From a virus: a DNA stretch of 38,789 nt. Of the stretch, positions 1 through 6,599 are shown in pieces. The position numbers and the translations under genes are program-made. The DNA is taken from positions 1 to 38,789 of the IMG/VR virus record IMGVR_UViG_3300020354_000001, one strand, 5' to 3'. Under the pieces are notes generated by a model. That model was not told the origin of the DNA. It saw only the letters and a list, made by a program, of their open reading frames with translations, and did not search any database. Positions within the stretch are counted from its first letter, which is position 1; every line of letters starts with the position of its first letter.

Positions 1-55
1 ATACTATACGTATAGTATGGGGCCAGTGTGCATACATAGGTGGCCCAATATAGGG
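1..55. repeat. telL: left terminal inverted repeat, one half of the protelomerase target palindrome. Nt 1-18 are a self-complementary 18-mer
   Basis: Nt 1-55 equal the reverse complement of 38735-38789. ATACTATACGTATAGTAT is its own reverse complement, with the dyad between nt 9 and 10. Confidence 0.85.
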
Positions 56-88
56 GTAGGGGTGTATATGTATGTAGGGGTTAGGGTG

Positions 89-116
89 TGTATGTATGCT
101 ATTTGGCATACATACA
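89..116. repeat. Inverted repeat TGTATGTATGC-N6-GCATACATACA (11-bp perfect arms) built from the telomere-flank octamer
   Basis: Read directly: arms at 89-99 and 106-116, spacer 100-105. It contains TATGTATG (91-98) and CATACATA (107-114). Confidence 0.7.
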
Positions 117-357
117 TAAGTAGCCCTATTGTGTTTAAGGCGCTTTCTTTTTGAATGGCATGAATTGGAGGTTTAGTAGATAAGCAGTAAATAGCGCCAC
201 GGTGATCGAGTAGCGAAGGGAAAAGGCATGTGTATGAAAGGGACTGGCAGCGAGCAGCAGCGCGCCTAACCAGCCAGAAGCCGCATGGTTAGCGGCATGA
301 GGGATTGTGAGAAAGGATCCAGGCGAAAAAAGCGCCAAGCAGCTCTGGCAAATCTAC

Positions 358-397
358 TATTGTACTTTTGTGTTTTTGTGCTAATGTACATTTGTGC
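358..397. promoter_or_regulatory. GTAC-box array A: five contiguous 8-bp units upstream of parA. Candidate par operator/centromere overlapping a candidate promoter
   Basis: Units are TATTGTAC TTTTGTGT TTTTGTGC TAATGTAC ATTTGTGC, in phase. Possible -35 TTGTAC (360-365) and -10 TAATGT (382-387). Confidence 0.6.
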
Positions 398-425
398 TTT
401 GAACAAACCGAGGAGAAACGGGCAA

Positions 426-1061
426 ATGACTAAAGTGATTGCAGTACTGAACCAGAAAGGTGGGGCGGGAAAGACCACCGTAGCTACCAACCTAGCGTGC
501 TGGCTGCACGCATCGGGCCACAAGGTGGTACTTGTCGATTTAGACCCGCAGGGCAGCTCTACTGAGTGGAGCGAGACGCGCGAAAGCGACGATGTGTTCC
601 CGGTCATGGGAATGGGCAAGCAAGTGGCGCGTGACCTCCCCCGCGTTACTGGCGGGTACGACTACGTAATTCTGGATGGCGCGCCGCAAATCAGCGAGCT
701 GATCACGCCAGCCATCAAAATAGCCGATGCGGTGCTGATCCCCTGCCAGCCCAGCCCCTTCGATATCTACGCCTGCGAAGATCTGGTCGATCTAATCCAC
801 GCGCGACGCGAAGTGACGGACGGCAAGCCTAAAGCCGCTTTCGTCGTATCACGCGCGATCAAAAACACTCATCTTGGCCGCGAAGTGCGCGATGCCCTGG
901 CTGAGTACAACCTGCCCATCTTTAACGCGCTAACCACTCAGCGCGTGGCGTATGCCGACTGTGCCAACGGCGGTAGCGTGATGGATCTACCCGAGGGCGA
1001 CAAGGCCCGGCAGGAGATCGAGGCGCTGGGCAAAGAGACACTGGAGTTTATCCATGGCTGA
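426..1061 (+). CDS. parA: ParA-family partition ATPase (small, type Ib, ParF/Soj-like)
   Basis: ORF track 285..1061. An internal ATG at 426 is preceded by GAGGAG (410-415). MTKVIAVLNQKGGAGKTT is a deviant Walker A. About 211 aa. The stop overlaps the next start (ATGGCTGA). Confidence 0.9.
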   Translation: MTKVIAVLNQKGGAGKTTVATNLACWLHASGHKVVLVDLDPQGSSTEWSETRESDDVFPVMGMGKQVARDLPRVTGGYDYVILDGAPQISELITPAIKIADAVLIPCQPSPFDIYACEDLVDLIHARREVTDGKPKAAFVVSRAIKNTHLGREVRDALAEYNLPIFNALTTQRVAYADCANGGSVMDLPEGDKARQEIEALGKETLEFIHG

Positions 1062-1353
1062 ACGCAAAAAACTGACGACACGCAAGCCCGCGTCGACCAC
1101 GGAAGCAAAGGAAGCGCCGAAGCACGTAGAACGCGCGCTCCGTGATGTAACTGAGGAAGTGAAGCCCAAGCGGGTGCCGTATGACACGCATCCAGACACA
1201 CACCGCAAGCTCAGCAGCATGCGCGTCATGAGCCGCGACAACGTGCCGGTGAAGAGCTTCCTGGATGAAGCGGTAGAGGATCTTTTCGAGAAGTACCGGC
1301 GAGGGGAAGGGCGTTTCGACGTCAAAGACATCGACCGGATCCTGGGCGAGTAG
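1054..1353 (+). CDS. Small centromere-binding partner of ParA (ParG/omega-like, putative ribbon-helix-helix)
   Basis: 99 aa, translationally coupled to parA. Basic disordered N-terminus. The C-terminal KRVPYDTHPDTHRKL...SFLDEAVEDLFEKY has a strand-helix-helix pattern. Position is typical of type Ib ParB/ParG. Confidence 0.55.
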   Translation: MAERKKLTTRKPASTTEAKEAPKHVERALRDVTEEVKPKRVPYDTHPDTHRKLSSMRVMSRDNVPVKSFLDEAVEDLFEKYRRGEGRFDVKDIDRILGE

Positions 1354-1429
1354 CCCTTAAGTGAAAATGCCCGGCAGTCGGCGGCCACCGACTACCAGGC
1401 GGACATAAACAAACCGAGGATGGAAAGCT

Positions 1430-1579
1430 ATGTCGAAGCAAGAGATTACCACAATCCGCCAGATCACGCTGCAAAACGCGCTGGCGCATCGCGACCTGGT
1501 CGCACGCTATGCCGCTGAGGAAACTACTCCCGCCTGTGTATCCCGCAGCCTGCTGAGACTGCTGGGGGAGGCGCAATGA
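1430..1579 (+). CDS. Hypothetical small protein (49 aa, below the ORF-track cutoff)
   Basis: ATG at 1430 with CGAGGA 9 nt upstream, the same RBS motif as parA and the 2835 and 3336 genes. Its stop overlaps the next start as ATGA (1576-1579). Translation: MSKQEITTIRQITLQNALAHRDLVARYAAEETTPACVSRSLLRLLGEAQ. Confidence 0.45.
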   Translation: MSKQEITTIRQITLQNALAHRDLVARYAAEETTPACVSRSLLRLLGEAQ

Positions 1580-1842
1580 ACACCACTATCTCACGCGTAG
1601 AGAAAACCCTGGAACGCCAGCAGGCGCGCATACAGGCGCTAGAAGCTGCCCTCGCGCCGTTTGCCCAAGCCTGGGAGTTTCGCCGCCCCAGCGGCAATGG
1701 CGACGCCATGGCGCGCCGCCTTCGCCAGAAGCGCTGCCTGGATGGCTTTTACACCGCGCGCGAGATGGGCAGCGAGCGAACCCTCACGCTCACCGGGCAG
1801 CACCTGAAAGACGCCCACGACGCCCTGAAGGCCAAGCCATGA
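1576..1842 (+). CDS. Hypothetical protein (88 aa)
   Basis: ORF track. ATGA coupling on both sides within a same-strand gene string. Confidence 0.6.
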   Translation: MNTTISRVEKTLERQQARIQALEAALAPFAQAWEFRRPSGNGDAMARRLRQKRCLDGFYTAREMGSERTLTLTGQHLKDAHDALKAKP

Positions 1843-1949
1843 GCGCGCTCAAGCGCCTGGGGCGCGGCTTACTGGCCTTGCTACTCATCATTTGGGGCGT
1901 GCTGTACGTCCTTTATGAACTGTTCGACGACCTGACCAAGCGACGCTAA
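1839..1949 (+). CDS. Hypothetical small membrane protein (36 aa)
   Basis: The ATG at 1839 overlaps the previous stop (ATGA). MSALKRLGRGLLALLLIIWGVLYVLYELFDDLTKRR has one hydrophobic helix. It ends just before the RBS of the next gene. Confidence 0.4.
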   Translation: MSALKRLGRGLLALLLIIWGVLYVLYELFDDLTKRR

Positions 1950-1959
1950 GGAGACCACC

Positions 1960-2217
1960 ATGACCAAACTGACAAGGAAAGAAGCGGCATGGGTTGCCAG
2001 GCTGCAGGCGGTAATAGATGAATGCCCGAGCAAGCGCCTTGCGGCGTACACCGTAGGGGATGCTGACATAACGCTTTATGACGGCTCAAAGCAGGCACAA
2101 ATACTTGCCATCCAAGACGCTAACCCCAGTCAAGAGTTTGGCAATGCCGTCGAGGCTGCCGAAGCAACACTGGCTCGTGTGCCGCTCCCCTTTCAAATTC
2201 ACTCAGTTGCCGGATAA
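1960..2217 (+). CDS. Hypothetical protein (85 aa)
   Basis: ORF track. AAGGAG RBS 6-7 nt upstream of the ATG. Confidence 0.6.
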   Translation: MTKLTRKEAAWVARLQAVIDECPSKRLAAYTVGDADITLYDGSKQAQILAIQDANPSQEFGNAVEAAEATLARVPLPFQIHSVAG

Positions 2218-2325
2218 CCCCACCCCAGCCCCGCCACCCAGCGGGGCCTTCTGTTGCACTCCCCACACCACTTTCTGCGCGCACACCATGGTAGCCTTTA
2301 CTGATCAACAGTAAGGGAACACCGC

Positions 2326-2739
2326 ATGAAGTTAATCACCAAGCTCGCCGCAGGCGCATTTGTGGCCATCGCATTCATGGCCTGGCAGAACGACCGCAAT
2401 AATCCAGACGGCCGCGACATGGAGCGCCTGCACGCAGACGAAGGCATGCACCGCATGGATTGCACAGAGAGCGAGTACCAGGGCAATCGCTGGATGGCGT
2501 GCCGTTACCCTGACCAGGAGCAACGCGGCTCGCTATGGGTATGGCACGATGACACGTTCGGAGGCTCCTGGGTCGCGCGCAACAACCTGGCGCACCGCGT
2601 GGCCAACAGCGCCCTGGAGAAAGCCCGCCAGAATGAGGCCACACCCGCCGCCGATATCGCATGGCTAAACCCTCTTACCGAGGAGTACCGGGAGTGGTCG
2701 CAGCGCCTGCCCTCAGCGCCTTGGGAGCATCTCGACTAA
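2326..2739 (+). CDS. Hypothetical exported or membrane-anchored protein (137 aa)
   Basis: ORF track. N-terminal hydrophobic segment KLAAGAFVAIAFMAW. RBS-like AAGGGA upstream. Confidence 0.6.
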   Translation: MKLITKLAAGAFVAIAFMAWQNDRNNPDGRDMERLHADEGMHRMDCTESEYQGNRWMACRYPDQEQRGSLWVWHDDTFGGSWVARNNLAHRVANSALEKARQNEATPAADIAWLNPLTEEYREWSQRLPSAPWEHLD

Positions 2740-2744
2740 AACAC

Positions 2745-2768
2745 AAATGTACATTTGTACTTTTGTAC
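2745..2768. promoter_or_regulatory. GTAC-box array B: three perfect 8-bp units, including the 16-bp perfect palindrome ACAAATGTACATTTGT (2743-2758)
   Basis: Units are AAATGTAC ATTTGTAC TTTTGTAC, with degenerate flanking units out to 2776. Confidence 0.6.
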
Positions 2769-2783
2769 ATTTTGGCTTATAGT
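2755..2783 (+). promoter_or_regulatory. Candidate sigma70 promoter for the 2835-3958 operon
   Basis: -35 TTGTAC (2755-2760, inside array B), 17-bp spacer, -10 TATAGT (2778-2783). Confidence 0.45.
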
Positions 2784-2792
2784 GTGTTTAAC

Positions 2793-2812
2793 GGCAGGCC
2801 GCAGGGCCTGCC
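2793..2812 (+). other. Stable stem-loop in the 5' leader of gene 2835 (GGCAGGCC-GCAG-GGCCTGCC)
   Basis: 8-bp perfect GC-rich stem with a 4-nt loop. No T-tract follows, so it is not a classical terminator. It lies between the candidate promoter and the RBS. Confidence 0.5.
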
Positions 2813-2834
2813 ATAACAAGCCGAGGAAACCAGC

Positions 2835-3278
2835 ATGGCTATTAAAAAGTACACTCTCAACGAGCAAGATTTCGAAACCCTGAAAGAAGCCGTCGCTGAA
2901 TCGATCAGCATTTACACGAGCAGAGGGAATGCAGCCCAACCTCAGCAAGCGCTCGGCATTGACGACCAGCCAGACGAAGCACCCAAGCCTGATGTTGTTC
3001 AAGTCTCCATGGCCCTGGCAGCACTCAGCCTGCTGCACAGCGTTAAGAATTCGATGCGCAACATCGATGCCGTGATCAGAGCCACGTCGAATTACCCGGT
3101 GCAGTTTGCGATCTCTGAAGCGGCTGGGGAATACGACTCATATATCCTCGCTTACGACGACTCAATCGACAGCATGGGCTACAACGCACTGCTCGCGATC
3201 TCCAATGCCTGCGTTCAGTACAAACAGCCGCTGGCTAGCCAGCGGCTGCTATACAAAATCCTGGAAGAAGCTGAGTAA
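2835..3278 (+). CDS. Hypothetical protein (147 aa)
   Basis: ORF track. CGAGGA RBS upstream. Confidence 0.65.
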   Translation: MAIKKYTLNEQDFETLKEAVAESISIYTSRGNAAQPQQALGIDDQPDEAPKPDVVQVSMALAALSLLHSVKNSMRNIDAVIRATSNYPVQFAISEAAGEYDSYILAYDDSIDSMGYNALLAISNACVQYKQPLASQRLLYKILEEAE

Positions 3279-3335
3279 AAGCAAACAAAGGCGGGCACGG
3301 CCAAAGGCCCGCCAATACCAAACGAGGATGGGCAA

Positions 3336-3563
3336 ATGATTACACTCCACGTCGACTCTGATCACGCAACACCTGAAGTCATGAAGCGCCTGCACGCACT
3401 CGCCGAAAGCTATGCGGCCAACGACCCGGTCTTTTCCGGGGCCGTGATCGAGATCGAAAAGGGCGACTACAGCGACATCGAGGACGATAGCGGCATGGAC
3501 TGCTATGACCTCCAGCGCTTTTTTAACGACGCGATGGCCATCATCCAGGAGGCCCAGGCATGA
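3336..3563 (+). CDS. Hypothetical acidic protein (75 aa)
   Basis: ORF track. CGAGGA RBS. About a quarter of residues are D/E. The stop overlaps the next start (ATGA). Confidence 0.6.
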   Translation: MITLHVDSDHATPEVMKRLHALAESYAANDPVFSGAVIEIEKGDYSDIEDDSGMDCYDLQRFFNDAMAIIQEAQA

Positions 3564-3958
3564 ACATCCACACCAGCACACGCCACAAGGCCACCGCCCA
3601 CATCGCGCGCGACACTGACGACGAGATCATCATGGTGATCGAAGGCCCGCGCGGCCCGATCAACGTCGAGATCCACTCGGCAGACGAAGACAACATCGAG
3701 CAGCTCATCGAGGACGGCGACGAGGAAGAGCTCGAGGACGCCTGCGAGACGGTGATCGGCTTTATTTTCAGCGACCTCGGAAAGTGCTTCCCTGGCCAAA
3801 CCTTCAGCCATTTTGCCGACGCACCCGACGACAACAGCGAGCTGGTGATGCGGGAGCGCACGGTCGGCGACCTCAAGCGGGCACGCGAGTCGATCGCTTA
3901 CCGCGACCTGGTCGAAGGCGGGCTGAGCGAGCAAGAGATCCACACGCTCATCGCGTAG
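3560..3958 (+). CDS. Hypothetical strongly acidic protein (132 aa)
   Basis: ORF track. Contains acidic runs such as DEDNIEQLIEDGDEEELEDACE. Last gene of the plus-strand operon, followed by a terminator. Confidence 0.6.
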   Translation: MNIHTSTRHKATAHIARDTDDEIIMVIEGPRGPINVEIHSADEDNIEQLIEDGDEEELEDACETVIGFIFSDLGKCFPGQTFSHFADAPDDNSELVMRERTVGDLKRARESIAYRDLVEGGLSEQEIHTLIA

Positions 3959-3980
3959 AACATCGCATGGCCACAACGCA

Positions 3981-4020
3981 AAACGCCCCACCGCCAAAAG
4001 GCAGTGGGGCGTTTCGTTTT
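3981..4020. terminator. Rho-independent terminator between convergent genes (bidirectional, stronger on the plus strand)
   Basis: 11-bp perfect stem AAACGCCCCAC/GTGGGGCGTTT (3981-3991 and 4004-4014), with further inner pairs, followed by CGTTTT. Confidence 0.7.
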
Positions 4021-4040
4021 GCGAGATCTTGCTAAGCTGC

Positions 4041-4376
4041 CTACTCGGCAGCTTCAACACCATCCCCGCTTTCGCGGGGAACGCCTTCATCATTGCTCAA
4101 TGCGTCCAGTTCATCAAGCATCGGCTTCAGGCCACTGCAGAACGCGTCGAACTCCTCTTCCAGCATCGGCCGAAAGCGCCTCACACGGCGATTCTGATCC
4201 GCGTTGCGGCGACCAGCAGCACGCTTTTTTGCGTCCGGTGAACGGTTCCAGCTACTCGCGCGGTAGCGGCTCGCCTCGCCACCGCCCAGCACAACGGCGC
4301 GAGCAATGTCCCGATCCTGCAGCTCCAGCGCGCTGGCGATCGCTTTCAATCGACGGTTAAACGGATAGTCGCTCAT
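4041..4376 (-). CDS. Hypothetical protein, possibly DUF1456/YehS-like
   Basis: ORF track 4041..4418. An ATG at 4376 (MSDYPFNRRLKAIASALELQDRDIARAVVLGG...) has a GGGGA RBS. The resemblance to the YehS repeat was judged by eye only. Confidence 0.5.
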   Translation of the reverse strand: MSDYPFNRRLKAIASALELQDRDIARAVVLGGGEASRYRASSWNRSPDAKKRAAGRRNADQNRRVRRFRPMLEEEFDAFCSGLKPMLDELDALSNDEGVPRESGDGVEAAE

Positions 4377-4416
4377 GTGTTTCCCCAACGATGTGCTTTC
4401 CAGAACTATATCACGC

Positions 4417-4446
4417 AAAAATCCCCCACCGCCTCGGCGGTGGGGG
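4417..4446 (-). terminator. Rho-independent terminator after dam
   Basis: On the minus strand: CCCCCACCGCC-GA-GGCGGTGGGGG followed by ATTTTTG. Confidence 0.7.
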
Positions 4447-4456
4447 TTTCTCGCTT

Positions 4457-5212
4457 CTACCAGTTGTAAATCACCAGTTCCTTGGCCTTCTTGCTGTTGC
4501 TCGCGCCCACCGTGTAGTTGAGCGACACCTCCTCGATCCGCAGCCCATCGAACACCTGGCGTATGTCAGGGTGGTCGTTGATCGAGATAATCACCTTCCC
4601 CTGCACCTCCCGCGCAAGCGTGGCCATCGCCTCGTACTCCTCGAACGGGAACTCGCATTCATAGCCAGCGGTGGCCCAATACGGCGGGTCCAGGTAATGC
4701 AACGTGTGCGGCCGGTCGTAACGCTTCATGACCGCTTTCCAGTCCATGTTCTCAACGAATACCCGCGCGAGCCGCAGGTGGGCCTGGCTGAGGTTCTCCT
4801 CGATCCGCAGCAGGTTCAGGCCAGGGCCAGACGTGGTGGATATGCCAAAGTTCGAGTTGAGCTTACCGCCAAAGCCCTGCTGCTGCAGGTAGTAGAACCG
4901 CGCGGCCCGCTGGATATCCGTTAGCGTGTCGGTGTGTTTGAGCTTCTCCCACGCGAACATCTCGCGCGAGACCAGCGCCCATTTGAACTGGCGCACGAAC
5001 TCCTCCAGGTGGTGCTGCACCACCCGGTACAAGTTGACCAGGTCGCTGTTGGTGTCGTTGATCACCTCCACTTTGCTGGGTTGCTTCATGAAAAACAGCG
5101 CCGCGCCGCCCGCGAAGGGCTCAACGTAGCACTGGTGGTCAGGGAAGTTCGGCAGAATGTGTTTAGCCAGGCGGCGCTTGCCGCCCATCCACTGAATGAA
5201 TGGTTTAGACAT
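4457..5212 (-). CDS. dam: DNA N6-adenine methyltransferase (Dam family)
   Basis: 251 aa. EPFAGGAALFF is the AdoMet motif FxGxG and LDPPYW is the catalytic DPPY motif. The N-terminal KPFIQWMGGKRRL is typical of Dam. Confidence 0.9.
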   Translation of the reverse strand: MSKPFIQWMGGKRRLAKHILPNFPDHQCYVEPFAGGAALFFMKQPSKVEVINDTNSDLVNLYRVVQHHLEEFVRQFKWALVSREMFAWEKLKHTDTLTDIQRAARFYYLQQQGFGGKLNSNFGISTTSGPGLNLLRIEENLSQAHLRLARVFVENMDWKAVMKRYDRPHTLHYLDPPYWATAGYECEFPFEEYEAMATLAREVQGKVIISINDHPDIRQVFDGLRIEEVSLNYTVGASNSKKAKELVIYNW

Positions 5213-5358
5213 CTTCGTCCTTGTGGGTCAGTTACTTATCGGGTAGCCTCCCCAGCGCCTGTGCAGGCATGGGGGGCCATGGCTGGCCCACTCGGTGCAT
5301 CGAGTGTGTCAGCGCGGCAGCGGTGTTACCGCACCGTTGTCGCGCCCTCCATCTAGAT

Positions 5359-6381
5359 CTACTCTTCGCGGCCTTCTGGCCACGTTGCTTCCAAAACGCA
5401 GCGGTAGCCATATCGGCGAGATCCGCGCGCAGTCACCCGGTCGAGCGACCACTCACCCCGCATGTAGCCTGGCCAAGTGTCGTCGAGAAGGATCCGCCCC
5501 TCGGCTGCAAGTGCCGGATTTCCGGGGCATTCCACCCGCAATTTCTCTCGCTCCCGCTTGAGTTTTCGCTGCTCACCTTCCGCTGCCCGGCGCGCTTCGC
5601 TTTCATTGGCATAGCTCTGGCGCAGCCGCTTGAACGGCTCGCCGCCTGCTTCCACCGTCGCCTCCACGCCCTCTTCACCGTTCAGCCAGGCCGCGCGCAC
5701 GCCGCTAAAGCGCACCCGCGCCTCGCGCTCCATCGTTGCGTTCGTGAACCCCATCTCGCCGGGCTGGTTGTTCGGCGGTACCGAGAGCGTGACGATCGGC
5801 AGATCCTGCCCGCTGATCGACTTCACTTGCCCACGCCGGGCAAGCACGTAACGCTCGCCCACCGGCTTGGCCACCGCGTCATGCTCGCGAGCCAGGCGCG
5901 TGATGAACGACATATCCGTCTCGTCTGCCTGATCGGCGTGCGCGACCGGGATCCCTTCCAGCTCTGGTGCTACGCGTGGCGAAAATCCGTGGCGGCTGGC
6001 CAGCGTGCGAAACACCTCGCCCAGCGTGGTGCCCTCAAAACTGGCCGAACGACGCTCCCGGAACGCGCTTTCATCTGCCGTGCGAAACGGTGCGGCCGTG
6101 GCCACAATCAAAATTTGCTCCGGGAAAAGTCGCGGCGTCACGCGGGAGATCACAAAATCACCCTTGTTAACCACCTCGCCCTCGGCGTAGCCGTACTCGA
6201 TGCCCAGCCGCTCGCCTTCGCGGGGCAGCCCTTCCACGCCGCGCGTGTCGACCGTCAAATGCAGCCGGTCAGATTCAAGCCCGGCGGCGTCGATATGCTC
6301 CCAATCGATCAAGCGACGGTCGTTGATCATGTCCGCGTGCATGCCGGTGATGCGCACCACCGGCGTGTAACCTAATCCCAT
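5359..6381 (-). CDS. Tail protein D (P2 gpD, late control D family)
   Basis: 340 aa. Last gene of the P2-like T-U-X-D tail block. By-eye similarity to the gpD family. Confidence 0.8.
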   Translation of the reverse strand: MGLGYTPVVRITGMHADMINDRRLIDWEHIDAAGLESDRLHLTVDTRGVEGLPREGERLGIEYGYAEGEVVNKGDFVISRVTPRLFPEQILIVATAAPFRTADESAFRERRSASFEGTTLGEVFRTLASRHGFSPRVAPELEGIPVAHADQADETDMSFITRLAREHDAVAKPVGERYVLARRGQVKSISGQDLPIVTLSVPPNNQPGEMGFTNATMEREARVRFSGVRAAWLNGEEGVEATVEAGGEPFKRLRQSYANESEARRAAEGEQRKLKREREKLRVECPGNPALAAEGRILLDDTWPGYMRGEWSLDRVTARGSRRYGYRCVLEATWPEGREE

Positions 6382-6599
6382 GCGGTCACCACTCGGCGCG
6401 CCGTGTTGGCGCGCGGTTTAATGTCCGGCAGCGTTACCCGCACGCCAGACGGCAAAAGCGGCCCGTAGGCCGCCAGTCCTGGGTTGAGCGCCCAGACCGC
6501 TTCGATCGTTGTGTCATCGTCCCGGCGCAGCTCACGCCAAGCGATGCGCCCTACGCTATCCCCCGCTATCGTCATCACTGCTCGCGGCATCGTCGACAA
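6372..6599 (-). CDS. Tail protein X (P2 gpX-like, LysM-like)
   Basis: 75 aa between the U-like and D-like genes. The GDSVGRIAWRELR...AVWALNPGL pattern resembles gpX. Start uncertain, with alternative ATGs at 6590 and 6575. Confidence 0.65.
   Translation of the reverse strand: MSTMPRAVMTIAGDSVGRIAWRELRRDDDTTIEAVWALNPGLAAYGPLLPSGVRVTLPDIKPRANTARRVVTAWD

Noticed and set aside
358-397. Whether the short tandem 8-bp repeats (arrays A-E) could be CRISPR arrays or minisatellites
   Set aside because: The units are only 8 bp and contiguous, with no unique spacers and no cas genes. They sit exactly in promoter regions, which makes them protein-binding iterons rather than CRISPR.
135-619. Minus-strand ORFs 135..338 and 266..619 and the 285 start of the parA ORF
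   Set aside because: They run through the telomere-flank repeats, array A and the parA 5' end. They have no RBS and junk-like composition. The parA ATG at 426 has a good RBS and gives a canonical N-terminus one residue-stretch before the Walker A box.
5221-6375. Long plus-strand ORFs antisense to the structural genes, for example 5221..6375, 6964..8091, 8880..9629, 10668..12230, 17093..17572 and 24447..26382
   Set aside because: These are shadow ORFs typical of GC-rich DNA. Their translations are Arg/Ala/Pro/His-rich and low-complexity. They lack RBSs, and each is fully overlapped by a minus-strand gene with clear family resemblance and operon context.
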